A stretch of 64,000 bases of DNA from a virus. Location of the stretch: IMG/VR virus record IMGVR_UViG_3300009128_000002. One strand, 5' to 3'. How positions within the stretch are numbered: position 1 is the stretch's first letter; each line of letters begins with the position of its first letter. Of this stretch, positions 54,959 through 64,000 are shown piece after piece. A model generated the notes under the pieces. That model did not search any database. It had not been told where the DNA came from and saw only the letters and a list, made by a program, of their open reading frames with translations. The translations under genes were made by a program, and so were the position numbers.

Positions 54959-55243
54959 ATGAGTAAAATATCAACAGTAAGGGAAAATGTTGTAAACGCA
55001 TTGAAAAATGAGGTTGCAACAATTACATTCACTAAAAAAGATGGTTCAGAACGTGTTATGAAAGGTACTTTGATGCCAACACTATTACCTGAATTTACAT
55101 CTGATAAACCTAAAAAAGAACGCAAAGTAAACGAAGAAGTGGTTGCAGTATTTGATATTGAAGCAAACGGTTTTCGTTCGTTTAGACTTGACACTGTTAC
55201 AAGTTTTGTTACAGATACAATGGTTGCAGGTAAACTACTATAA
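54959..55243 (+). CDS. WYL_2/DUF2693-like SH3 protein
   Basis: FTKKDGSERVMKGTL...VFDIEANGFRSFR motif. Confidence 0.8.
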   Translation: MSKISTVRENVVNALKNEVATITFTKKDGSERVMKGTLMPTLLPEFTSDKPKKERKVNEEVVAVFDIEANGFRSFRLDTVTSFVTDTMVAGKLL

Positions 55244-57061
55244 ATGAGAAAAAACGACGTTAAGGTTCTATCTGAGATAGAACACGTACTTCATCGGCCT
55301 GGGATGTATGTTGGTGATACCACTATTGGTAAACACGACAAATGGGTAATGGAAGATGGACGTATCGCAAAGAAAAAAGTCAAAGTTGTACCGGCATTCC
55401 TCAAGTTATTTGATGAAATCATCAGTAATTGTATTGATGAAGGTTTTCGTACAAACTTTAAGTATGCTAATGAAATCAAGGTGAGGGTTGATGACAATGG
55501 AAAAATTACAATTGAGGATAACGGACGAGGAATACCAGTCAAAGAGTCGGAAGGTGGTAAAACACAGTCTGAACTTGCTTTCACAAACCTACGTGCAGGA
55601 GCGAATTTTGATGATGGTGTGGGTAACGTTTCTATTGGTACACACGGTCTTGGTTCTACATTAGTTAATATTCTATCAAAGAAGTTTATTGCTCACACTG
55701 ACGATGGTAAGAAACACTTCCGTCTACAGTGTAGCAAAAATATGAGTGAGATTGATACTGAGGTATCAGAAACAAAAAACAAACAAGGAACAACAGTAAG
55801 TTATTTTGCTGATTTTGATAGACTTGGTATGAAAGGTATTGATGCCGACCATATGAGTTTGATTGAAAAACGTGTAACAGACCTTGCAGTATGTTTCCCA
55901 CAAATCAAATTCAAATTCAATGGTCGTCTTGTTAAAGCAGGTACGTTCAAAGAATACCTAAAAAAGATAGGAGATACATATGAAATTTGCGAAACATCTA
56001 CTTTCAAGGTCGCAGTTATTCCGTCAGAAAGTGGAGAATATATTTCTTTTGTTAACGGAATCGACACTTTTGGTGGTGGTGTTCATTGCGATATTGTTAG
56101 TAGTGATGTCGCTGGAGCCTTAAAGGACGCAATTAAAAAGAAACATAAATTAGACATTCGTGTACCAGACATTAAGAACCGTCTGTTGTTTGTAGTTATT
56201 ACAAATGATGTTGGTGACCCAAAGTTTGATTCGCAAACAAAAGAGCGTTTAACTAATAATGCTAATGAAATTAAACCAATCTTTGAAGGTGTAACAGATG
56301 ATAAATTCATCAATCGTATTATGCGAAATGAAGAACTTATCCAACCAATCATTGAAGCATTATTATTAAAGAAACAACTTGCTGAAGCACGTGCATTACG
56401 TAAAGCACAAAAGACTGCTAAAAAGAAAAAGGTTGCAAGTCATATTAGTGCTAGTGGTAAAAACACTGAGGATAAGATACTATTCATTACTGAAGGACAG
56501 TCTGCTATTAGTAACTTGATTAACGTAAGACAAACTGCTATTCACGGTGGTTTTCCGTTGAGGGGTAAGCCACGTAATGTGAGGGAATTGAAACCAACTG
56601 ATATTATGAAGAACAAAGAGTTATCCGAGTTAATGAGTATAATTGGTCTTGAACTTGGTGAACCTGCAGATGACTTGAACTATGGAAAGATTGGTATCCT
56701 TGCTGATGCTGATTATGACGGTTTTAGTATTGCGGCCCTTTTGGTTAATTTCTTTTCTAATTGGAAGGAATTGTTTGATGATGGACGTATCTTATTCATC
56801 AAATCACCAATTGTTATTGCTAAGAATAAGAAAAAGGTTAAACGATATTATGATTTAAAAGACTTTGCTGATGATAGTTTAGGTAGTGATTGGAAAATTG
56901 AATACAATAAAGGATTAGGAAGTCTTTCTGTTGAAGAATATGATTTAATGATTAATAACCCTGTGACAGAAACTATTGATTATGATAGTGGTGCCACTGG
57001 TAGTTTAGAAACTGCATTTGGAAAGAATTCAATACCTAGAAAACAATGGTTATTAAATTAG
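55244..57061 (+). CDS. gp39: DNA topoisomerase II large subunit (gp39+gp60 in one ORF)
   Basis: HVLHRPGMYVG, EIISNCIDE, DNGRGIP, TEGQSA, PLRGK, DADYDG and KGLGS motifs. Confidence 0.95.
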   Translation: MRKNDVKVLSEIEHVLHRPGMYVGDTTIGKHDKWVMEDGRIAKKKVKVVPAFLKLFDEIISNCIDEGFRTNFKYANEIKVRVDDNGKITIEDNGRGIPVKESEGGKTQSELAFTNLRAGANFDDGVGNVSIGTHGLGSTLVNILSKKFIAHTDDGKKHFRLQCSKNMSEIDTEVSETKNKQGTTVSYFADFDRLGMKGIDADHMSLIEKRVTDLAVCFPQIKFKFNGRLVKAGTFKEYLKKIGDTYEICETSTFKVAVIPSESGEYISFVNGIDTFGGGVHCDIVSSDVAGALKDAIKKKHKLDIRVPDIKNRLLFVVITNDVGDPKFDSQTKERLTNNANEIKPIFEGVTDDKFINRIMRNEELIQPIIEALLLKKQLAEARALRKAQKTAKKKKVASHISASGKNTEDKILFITEGQSAISNLINVRQTAIHGGFPLRGKPRNVRELKPTDIMKNKELSELMSIIGLELGEPADDLNYGKIGILADADYDGFSIAALLVNFFSNWKELFDDGRILFIKSPIVIAKNKKKVKRYYDLKDFADDSLGSDWKIEYNKGLGSLSVEEYDLMINNPVTETIDYDSGATGSLETAFGKNSIPRKQWLLN

Positions 57062-57066
57062 TATGC

Positions 57067-57095
57067 TTGACAAACATTGGTTGTTAGGGTATAAT
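57067..57095 (+). promoter_or_regulatory. Consensus sigma70 promoter for gp52
   Basis: TTGACA-N17-TATAAT. Confidence 0.8.
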
Positions 57096-57121
57096 ACGAA
57101 GTATTGAATGAGGAATATATT

Positions 57122-58414
57122 ATGAATGTAACACAATTGATAGACACACAATACCGTGACTACTCTAAGTATGTATTGTATAGTCGTGCAATTCCTAATA
57201 TGATTGATGGGTTAAAACCGTCACAGCGTAAGATTTTATATACTGCACTTAAAACTGCAAAAACTAATCGTATTAAGACTGCTTCGTTAAGTGGTAACAC
57301 CATTAGTCAGGGAAATTACCATCATGGTGATGCATCGCTAAATGAAGCAATTACAAAGATGGTTCAACCTTTCAGTAATAACGTTCCATTACTAAGGGGT
57401 GAGGGGTCATTTGGTAGTAGGTTAGTGCCAGAGGCAGCTGCCGCCAGATATACCTATGTACAAACCCATAAAAACTTTGAAAGTTATTTTGCTGATACTA
57501 TGGTGACAGACCCCTCTGTCGACCCCGAAGACCCCGAGCCTGCGTTTTATTTGCCGATTATACCTTGGGTGTTGGTTAATGGAATTAAAGGTATTGCTGT
57601 TGGTTTTGCGACTGAAATTCAACCACATAACCCTAAAGACCTTTCTAAGTTGTGTAAAGCACATCTTGAAGGTAAGGACATATCAAAACGTAAGTTATTA
57701 CCATCATACCCAGAATTCAAAGGTACTATTAGTGAAGTAAATGGTGATATTTATTGTGAAGGTGAATTTAATTTAAAAAGTCAAACTAAATTAATTATTA
57801 CAGAAGTGCCTATTGGTTATAATAGGGAAACGTATGTTAATTTATTAGATAAACTTGAAAATGAAGGTAAGTTGGTATCATATACAGATAAGTGCGATTC
57901 ATCTGGTTTTAAGTTTGACATTACACTTAAACGTGGTAAGTCACTGACACCAAATCAGATAATTAATACATTTAAACTAAAGAAAAAGTTAAATCAAAAT
58001 CTAACGGTTATTAATGATAAAAATGAGTTAAAGGTTTACGATACTACTATTGATATTATTAAAGACTTTTGTAACTACCGTTTAACAAAATATACTGAAC
58101 GTTATAATTGGTTAATTGATAAAGGTACTACCGATTTAAAATTATTAATGTCTAAAATTAAATTTATTGAAGCCGTGATTAAAGGTGATATTGAATTTAA
58201 TAACAAAAACAAACAACAAATTAAAGATGAATTAAAAGTCCTAAATGAGGATGATGAAACCATTGACATTCTTATTAGAATGCCTATTTACACGTTATGT
58301 CAAGATGAACTTGATAAACTAAAAGAACAGGGTGGTGCTTTATATAATCAGATTGAAGAATGGAAAGTGGTTGATGTGAATGAGCAATTCATTAAGGAAT
58401 TGGGTGAATTATAA
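57122..58414 (+). CDS. gp52: DNA topoisomerase II medium subunit gp52
   Basis: RAIPNMIDGLKPSQRK, YHHGD, AAARY (catalytic Tyr) and GIAVGFAT motifs. Confidence 0.96.
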   Translation: MNVTQLIDTQYRDYSKYVLYSRAIPNMIDGLKPSQRKILYTALKTAKTNRIKTASLSGNTISQGNYHHGDASLNEAITKMVQPFSNNVPLLRGEGSFGSRLVPEAAAARYTYVQTHKNFESYFADTMVTDPSVDPEDPEPAFYLPIIPWVLVNGIKGIAVGFATEIQPHNPKDLSKLCKAHLEGKDISKRKLLPSYPEFKGTISEVNGDIYCEGEFNLKSQTKLIITEVPIGYNRETYVNLLDKLENEGKLVSYTDKCDSSGFKFDITLKRGKSLTPNQIINTFKLKKKLNQNLTVINDKNELKVYDTTIDIIKDFCNYRLTKYTERYNWLIDKGTTDLKLLMSKIKFIEAVIKGDIEFNNKNKQQIKDELKVLNEDDETIDILIRMPIYTLCQDELDKLKEQGGALYNQIEEWKVVDVNEQFIKELGEL

Positions 58415-58710
58415 TGAAATTGATTAGAGATAACTATGTAAAGATTATACCTGAAGAAAGGTTATTTGTTGTAGACCCAAAAACTACTCCAGATGTTTTC
58501 AAAGAATACGTGGTTGCTAAAATTTATGAAGAGTTGGATGAACTTGCAGAAAGTGGTTATAAAGATATAACTGAATATGCAGATGTGTATGAAGTATTTT
58601 TAAAATTAATGGAAATTAATAATGTAACATTAGAAGAGGTTATTAATGCACGTGTGTCTAAACGTGAACAATTTGGTGGTTTCGATGATGGTCTTATATT
58701 AAGGAAATAA
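58414..58710 (+). CDS. MazG/HisE-like all-alpha NTP pyrophosphohydrolase
   Basis: KLIRD...KxxEE...EYADVYEV...KRxxxGGF motif. Confidence 0.8.
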   Translation: MKLIRDNYVKIIPEERLFVVDPKTTPDVFKEYVVAKIYEELDELAESGYKDITEYADVYEVFLKLMEINNVTLEEVINARVSKREQFGGFDDGLILRK

Positions 58711-58711
58711 T

Positions 58712-58936
58712 ATGGAATTTTTAGATGAAATGCCTGATGAAGGAAAAGAAGTGGTAGAGAAAAAAATACCAAATAAGAAAAAAGAAATTAAAACAAAACC
58801 ACCATCTGATGGGTTTGGATTAGAAATTGGATCATTAATATTTTCTAGTGATGATGCTGACCTTGAAATTAAAGATGTAAAGGTAAGGGATATGGATGAT
58901 TTTAGAAAATTATTAATGGAGGTATTGGAACAATGA
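58712..58936 (+). CDS. Hypothetical protein
   Basis: AAGGA RBS; coupled to rnh. Confidence 0.55.
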   Translation: MEFLDEMPDEGKEVVEKKIPNKKKEIKTKPPSDGFGLEIGSLIFSSDDADLEIKDVKVRDMDDFRKLLMEVLEQ

Positions 58937-59781
58937 TATTAGTTGATTATTCACAAGTGATGGTTGGTGGTCTAATGTCCCATGCCAAATCAATGAATGA
59001 TGTAAGTGAAGACTTGTTGCGTCATATGGTTTTAAATACACTTAGGTCATACCGTAAACAGTTTGGTAAAACATATGGTGAATTGGTATTATGTATTGAT
59101 TCACGTCATTATTGGAGACGTGATGTGTTTCCAAACTACAAACACGCAAGAAAAAGTGGACGTGATAAATCGGCATTTGATTGGGACATTTTGTTTGGTT
59201 GGTTTGATAAAATCAAGGCAGAACTAAAAGAAAACTTTCCATATAAAACCATTGACGTGATGGCCGCTGAAGCAGATGACGTTATTGGTGTATTAAGTAA
59301 GTATAAACATATGGAAGAAAAGATACTTATTTTATCTAGTGATAAGGATTTTATTCAATTGCATAAGTACAAAAATGTTAGACAGTATTCACCTATGCAG
59401 AAGAAATGGGTAAGACATCCAGATCCAATTGGGTATGCTAAAGAACATATTATTAGAGGTGACCGTGGTGATGGTATCCCAAACTTTTTAAGTGGTGATG
59501 ATTTTCTTGTGGAAGGTATTAGACAAACTCCAATCAGTAAAAAGAAACTTGAAGTGTGGTTAACACAAACACCTGAAGAAATTTGTGAAGGTAACGAAGA
59601 AATGATGGAAAGGTGGCAACGCAATTCACGTTTGACACAATTCGATGAAGTGCCTGAACTGTTACAAAATGATATTCTCAACGCATTTAAGAAAGAACCA
59701 AAAGGTGCTAGGAAAAAGTTATATAATTATTTTGTGATGAATAAGTTACAAAACTTGATGGATGTTATTGGAGATTTTTAA
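58933..59781 (+). CDS. rnh: RNase H (T4 rnh, 5'-3' exonuclease)
   Basis: YWRR..FP.YK..R, EADDVIG, SSDKDFIQL and GDRGDGIPN motifs. Confidence 0.95.
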   Translation: MILVDYSQVMVGGLMSHAKSMNDVSEDLLRHMVLNTLRSYRKQFGKTYGELVLCIDSRHYWRRDVFPNYKHARKSGRDKSAFDWDILFGWFDKIKAELKENFPYKTIDVMAAEADDVIGVLSKYKHMEEKILILSSDKDFIQLHKYKNVRQYSPMQKKWVRHPDPIGYAKEHIIRGDRGDGIPNFLSGDDFLVEGIRQTPISKKKLEVWLTQTPEEICEGNEEMMERWQRNSRLTQFDEVPELLQNDILNAFKKEPKGARKKLYNYFVMNKLQNLMDVIGDF

Positions 59782-60014
59782 TGAGGGATGAGTGTAATCA
59801 TAGGTGGGTATATTATTTAAAGTATTTTTCTGCAACAATGGTTTTAATTGCTATTGTTCTTCATACTTTAGACATGTATCCAATCAATATTATTGTTCAT
59901 TTAATTGGTGCTATTGGTTGGACAGTAGTTGGTTTAATGTGGAAAGAAAATTCAATATTATTGAACTTCGCTCCACAAATTTTAATTTTTAGTTTAGGAT
60001 TATTGTTGTTATGA
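59781..60014 (+). CDS. Small 3-TM membrane protein
   Basis: YPINI...IG..GW..VG..WK pattern. Confidence 0.6.
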   Translation: MRDECNHRWVYYLKYFSATMVLIAIVLHTLDMYPINIIVHLIGAIGWTVVGLMWKENSILLNFAPQILIFSLGLLLL

Positions 60015-60205
60015 TATATGAATATAGATGTGAAAAGTGTGGCACCGTGTTTGAAATGAACCGACCATCTTCTGAGTACAAAGAACCAGGCGAATGTCCT
60101 AAATGTGATGGTCAGGGACATAGAATTTTAAGTACACCATTGTTTAAAACAGGTGGTGGTGGTCATAAAAATGTAATTAGACAACAGGAGATTGTATTGT
60201 GGTAA
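60011..60205 (+). CDS. FmdB-family zinc-ribbon protein
   Basis: YEYRCEKCG..FE...CPKC...RILS.P.FK.GG. Confidence 0.8.
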   Translation: MIYEYRCEKCGTVFEMNRPSSEYKEPGECPKCDGQGHRILSTPLFKTGGGGHKNVIRQQEIVLW

Positions 60206-60819
60206 ATAAAATTAATGATGTTAGTATCTGGGGATATGGTGGTGAGGAAGTTAATATTCCTATTACTGAAGCACAATACGACTATTGGAAAGATAGGGAA
60301 GACGAATTAACTGATTATTGTTTATGTTGGGATGACGAAGATGTTTCTGTTTCTATTCCTATGGAAATGCGTTTTCTACAATCGGAAGATGGTGAATACC
60401 ACAATGCAATTTGGGATGCAGATAATATTATTATACATGAAACTGTTTGTACACTTGATAGTGCTAAATTGGATGTACAAGTTGATGGTGAAATGGTATT
60501 TGAAAATGAAGAAATTGGAACAACTGAATTAAATGAAACATATATACCATCTAATGAGGAAGATGATTATGCAGGTCACAAGTATATTATGACTTACGAA
60601 ACTGCAGATAAAGGTACTTTCTTTGCTTTAGAGGAAGAAGTTGAAGTAGAGGATTTTTCAGTGGATAAAATGGAAATTATGACTACTGAAAATTACCACG
60701 GCGAAGAACTTATTATTGGTGTTAGATATGATAATGTTGATTTAGATGTGTATTTTGAAGATTCACGTAATGTTGCTATTAATTGTAGTGTGTGGATTAA
60801 CCAAAGTGAGGTTGATTAA
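60199..60819 (+). CDS. Acidic hypothetical protein
   Basis: IWGYGGE N-terminal motif; AGGAG RBS with GTG start. Confidence 0.6.
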   Translation: MVNKINDVSIWGYGGEEVNIPITEAQYDYWKDREDELTDYCLCWDDEDVSVSIPMEMRFLQSEDGEYHNAIWDADNIIIHETVCTLDSAKLDVQVDGEMVFENEEIGTTELNETYIPSNEEDDYAGHKYIMTYETADKGTFFALEEEVEVEDFSVDKMEIMTTENYHGEELIIGVRYDNVDLDVYFEDSRNVAINCSVWINQSEVD

Positions 60820-62165
60820 TGCTTAAAAGTGTAAGTGAAATATTAAAAGAGTTAGAAAGTGATAATGGAAGGTTATTTAAGATTAATGTTTTAGAAGAAA
60901 ACTTAGATAATAGATTATTTGAACGTGTGGTTAAGGCTACTCTAGACCCATATACACAATATTATATTCGCAAAATACCTGATTTTATATTTGATGTTAC
61001 TACTGAAAAATTAGACTTGGATTGGGCATTGGGTAAATTAAAAATGCTATCTGATAGGGTTGTGACTGGTAATGATGCACGTGACCATTTAAAAATGGTT
61101 TTGGAAACATTGACACTTGAAGACGCAGATGTGGTTACACGTATTATTGGGAAGGATCTTAAATGTGGTGTAAATGTAAGCACAGTTAATAAGGCTTATG
61201 GTAAAGGTTTTATTGAAAAATACCCTTGTATGCTTGCCAGTGCATATAATGAAAAGAACTTCAAACATATTAAATACCCTGCAATTGTACAAATAAAGTC
61301 CGATGGTATGAGAGCAAACATTATTATGAACGCAAATGGTAATGTTGAGATACGTAGTAGAAACGGAAAGGATATTGAATTGCACGGTCATTTTGATGAG
61401 GTTGTGCGTAGTGTTTTTTATTCAAAACCAAGCGGTGCTACTTTAGACCAGTTCAGGTCTGCAGTTATAGATGGTGAATTGGTTGTACTTGATGAGAACT
61501 TAGAATATGTATTGGATCGTAAGACTGGTAATGGTATTTTAAATAAAGCAGTTAAAGGTACAATAAGTAAAGAGGAAGTTAAAAGGGTGCGTTTGGTTGC
61601 TTGGGATTTAATTCCTTTAGATGATTTTAAGGCATTGAGGTGTGATATACCTTATTTTGATAGGTTAGATGTATTGCGTCAACGTATGGATGAGGTTAGT
61701 AATACGTTTGATAAACAGTTGATTGAAATACAGACTACTGCTTTTGTTGATAACTTTGAACAGGCACAACTATTATTTAATGAAGCATTAAGTGATGGTG
61801 AAGAGGGTGTTATTGTAAAGAATGGTGACTCCCCTTGGGAAGATAAACGTTCTAAATATCAAGTAAAGATGAAAGCAGAACTTGAAGCAGATTTGTTAGT
61901 GACTGAGTGGAATGAAGGAACAGGACGTATTGAGGGTCTTATGGGTTCTGTTACGTGCGTGAGTGCTGATGGTGGATTAGAGGTACACGTTGGATCAGGA
62001 TTCAATGATGAAGACCGTAAAATGGTTGCAGGTGATATTGTTGGTAAAATCATCACAGTGAAATACAATGAAGTGATACAAGACAAAAACAAAGATAAAA
62101 AATCACTTTTCCTGCCTATATTTGAAGAGATTAGATTAGATAAAAATGTCGCAGACAAATTTTGA
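60819..62165 (+). CDS. gp30: ATP-dependent DNA ligase gp30
   Basis: KSDGMR, IDGEL, EGVIVK, WEDKRS, VGSGF and LFLPIF motifs. Confidence 0.96.
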   Translation: MLKSVSEILKELESDNGRLFKINVLEENLDNRLFERVVKATLDPYTQYYIRKIPDFIFDVTTEKLDLDWALGKLKMLSDRVVTGNDARDHLKMVLETLTLEDADVVTRIIGKDLKCGVNVSTVNKAYGKGFIEKYPCMLASAYNEKNFKHIKYPAIVQIKSDGMRANIIMNANGNVEIRSRNGKDIELHGHFDEVVRSVFYSKPSGATLDQFRSAVIDGELVVLDENLEYVLDRKTGNGILNKAVKGTISKEEVKRVRLVAWDLIPLDDFKALRCDIPYFDRLDVLRQRMDEVSNTFDKQLIEIQTTAFVDNFEQAQLLFNEALSDGEEGVIVKNGDSPWEDKRSKYQVKMKAELEADLLVTEWNEGTGRIEGLMGSVTCVSADGGLEVHVGSGFNDEDRKMVAGDIVGKIITVKYNEVIQDKNKDKKSLFLPIFEEIRLDKNVADKF

Positions 62166-62355
62166 GAAATATCATAAAAAGAAAACAAAAGAATTAAAAG
62201 AGAAACGACTTGCAGTATGCAAGGAGTGTGAACACGTCCGAGACCTTAAAAATAGGGGTTGGATAAATTATTGCAATTTGTGTGGTTGTATGTTACTTGT
62301 TAAAGCAAGAATACGATCATCTGATTGCCCAATAGGAAAATGGGATGAATTATAA
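62146..62355 (+). CDS. Small Cys-rich protein (DUF6171-like)
   Basis: RLAVCKEC...CNLCGC...KA......CPIGKW. Confidence 0.65.
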   Translation: MSQTNFEKYHKKKTKELKEKRLAVCKECEHVRDLKNRGWINYCNLCGCMLLVKARIRSSDCPIGKWDEL

Positions 62356-63319
62356 AGAAAGTGGAGTAGACCTGCACGAGCAGGATGTTTTTAATGCAAG
62401 ATTGGCCAAGAAAATGCCTTGGTTAGGTGGTTTTGGTGGTGCATTTGATATTGGTGAGGATTATTTAATATCATCTACAGATGGTGTAGGTACTAAAGTT
62501 ATGTTATATAATGACTATAAAGATGAGCCAGGTGTGAGTATTAGTAATTTGGGTATTGACCTTGTTGCAATGGTAATGAACGATATTGTATGCACTGGTG
62601 CTAAACCTTTATTTTTTAATGACTATCTTGCAGTAAATGATTTGACTAAAATGGACGCTATGGATCTGATTGCTGGTATTAATACAGGTCTGCATCTTTG
62701 TGGTGATGTGCCACTATTGGGTGGTGAAACTGCTATTATGGGTGATATGTATGGTGAGGGTGAGTTTGATGTTGCTGGTTTTGGTGTAGGTGCCTGTCCT
62801 AAGGATGATTTTATTGATGGTACTGCTATTTCTGATGGTGATGTTATGTTAGGACTTGCTTCAAGTGGTTTTCACTCTAATGGTTATACTTTGATTAGAA
62901 AGGTACTTGAAAACGTTCCTAATGAGGATATACCTACAGATTTGTTTAAAGATTTACTGAAACCTACTAAAATATATGTTAATTCAATCCTACATACATT
63001 AAAGAAACATAAGACGTCAATTCACGGAATTGCCCATATCACGGGTGGTGGCAGAGCAAACGTAAATCGCTTATTAGGTGAAGATATTAATTTGCGACCA
63101 GTATGGCACGATGCAGAGCCTAAAAACGATATGTTTGAGTTTATTAAGAAATATGGTAATATTGATGAGTTTGAGTTTAGAAAGGTTTTCAATAATGGTA
63201 TTGGAATGGTACTAATTGTAGATCGTGGTGATGCATTTGAAATACAACGTACACTTGAATCTGTTGGTGAAAAGGTTATTGAAGTTGGTGCAATTGGAAC
63301 TAGAGTGAGGGTACAATAA
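62345..63319 (+). CDS. purM: Phosphoribosylaminoimidazole synthetase (AIR synthetase)
   Basis: YKESGVD, STDGVGTK, GGETA, SSGFHSNGYTL, AHITGGG and FNNGIG motifs. Confidence 0.95.
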   Translation: MNYKESGVDLHEQDVFNARLAKKMPWLGGFGGAFDIGEDYLISSTDGVGTKVMLYNDYKDEPGVSISNLGIDLVAMVMNDIVCTGAKPLFFNDYLAVNDLTKMDAMDLIAGINTGLHLCGDVPLLGGETAIMGDMYGEGEFDVAGFGVGACPKDDFIDGTAISDGDVMLGLASSGFHSNGYTLIRKVLENVPNEDIPTDLFKDLLKPTKIYVNSILHTLKKHKTSIHGIAHITGGGRANVNRLLGEDINLRPVWHDAEPKNDMFEFIKKYGNIDEFEFRKVFNNGIGMVLIVDRGDAFEIQRTLESVGEKVIEVGAIGTRVRVQ

Positions 63320-63639
63320 TGAGAATATTTGTGGATATTGACGAAACTATTTGTTTTGGTGGGTTTCCGTACAATAAATGTAAACCTATAAAGGAACGTA
63401 TAGAACGCATTAATACGTTATATGACAAAGGAAATCATATAACATATTGGACAGCACGTGGTGGTCGCAGTGGTGTTGATTTTACACAAATAACAACTTC
63501 GCAACTAGAAATATGGGGTGCTAAGTACGACGAATTGCTTATGAACAATAAACCGTCATATGACTTGTATATTGATGATAAATCAATCAATTCTGAAGCA
63601 TTCTTTGATGACGACCATTGTGGGATGAGTAGAAAATAA
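63319..63639 (+). CDS. Minimal HAD-superfamily phosphatase
   Basis: DIDETI, WTARG and KP..DLYIDDK motifs. Confidence 0.85.
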   Translation: MRIFVDIDETICFGGFPYNKCKPIKERIERINTLYDKGNHITYWTARGGRSGVDFTQITTSQLEIWGAKYDELLMNNKPSYDLYIDDKSINSEAFFDDDHCGMSRK

Positions 63640-63651
63640 TTACATAAAAAC

Positions 63652-63680
63652 TTGACTTTTTAATATTAGTATGGTATAAT
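63652..63680 (+). promoter_or_regulatory. Sigma70-type promoter for the porin-like gene
   Basis: TTGACT-N17-TATAAT with TG. Confidence 0.8.
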
Positions 63681-63824
63681 ATACCCATATATTAACTAAA
63701 ATTGTATGTTGCGAAAATACAACAAATTTTATGCAAAAATACGAAAAATGTGTTATATATATCTAAGTAAATATATTAAAGAGTTATAATATGTTTGCTA
63801 TAATTTAATTAATGAAGGAAAATT

Positions 63825-64000
63825 ATGTATAAGAAAATTTTAATGGCAACTGTTGTTGCTACATCTATGACTGCTAACGCTGAATTTGGTATTACTGGTG
63901 ACTATGAAGGCACTTGGACTGACGGTGGAGCGGCCACTTTTGCACAAGACCTAGACCTAACTTTGGTTGGTTCAACTGAAGGTGCTAAGGTAACTGTAAT
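63825..64000 (+). CDS. Secreted/outer-membrane beta-barrel (porin-like) protein, truncated by window edge
   Basis: Own translation MYKKILMATVVATSMTANA-EFGITGDYEGTWTDGGAATFAQDLDLTLVGSTEGAKVTV: signal peptide with ANA cleavage site, then alternating beta-strands. Confidence 0.6.
   Translation, partial: MYKKILMATVVATSMTANAEFGITGDYEGTWTDGGAATFAQDLDLTLVGSTEGAKVTV

Noticed and set aside
55244-57061. T4 gene 60-type translational bypass or split topoisomerase
   Set aside because: ATPase and TOPRIM motifs lie in one continuous ORF
379-62188. Numerous short alternative-frame and antisense ORFs in the ORF track (e.g. 9401-9754, 11101-11574, 22235-22534, 29374-30021, 41225-41614)
   Set aside because: They overlap well-supported genes, lack RBS/promoter context and show the Ser/Ile/Phe- or Met/Lys/Val-rich composition typical of shadow frames
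1-64000. Alternative genetic code or stop-codon reassignment
   Set aside because: Core genes translate full-length under the standard code with dense gene packing

Overview
AT-rich segment of a T4-like (myovirus) dsDNA phage genome. Almost everything is on the + strand; only a bifunctional hldE and a truncated cupin gene at the left edge are on the - strand. Gene order: neck/tail/terminase/head module (gp13-gp23, gp3); uvsY, uvsW and an Sm-like gene; a 625-bp structured non-coding region; gp55/47/46; a vWA + MoxR-AAA pair; the replisome (gp45/44/62, regA, gp43, uvsX, gp41, gp61); a late-promoter-driven cluster of proteins starting with T4 capsid-targeting-like leaders; then RuvC-like resolvase, topoisomerase II, RNase H, DNA ligase, purM and the start of a porin-like gene. 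A DsrC/TusE-like gene, a rhodanese-like gene and the porin-like gene hint at a marine sulfur-oxidising gammaproteobacterial (SUP05-like) host; this is inference. Most interesting observations: (i) the putative capsid-packaged payload cluster (38.9-47.6 kb), including apparent polyproteins whose basic modules are separated by prohead-protease-type acidic linkers, plus ligase-like, nuclease-like, kinase and nucleotidyltransferase cargo; (ii) the intergenic element at 17.6-18.2 kb, a promoter-driven structured RNA followed by a pseudo-symmetric array of c-GAA-g hairpins on opposite strands; (iii) sulfur-relay homologues that have lost their catalytic cysteines. All family assignments come from motif recognition and synteny by eye; no searches were run.
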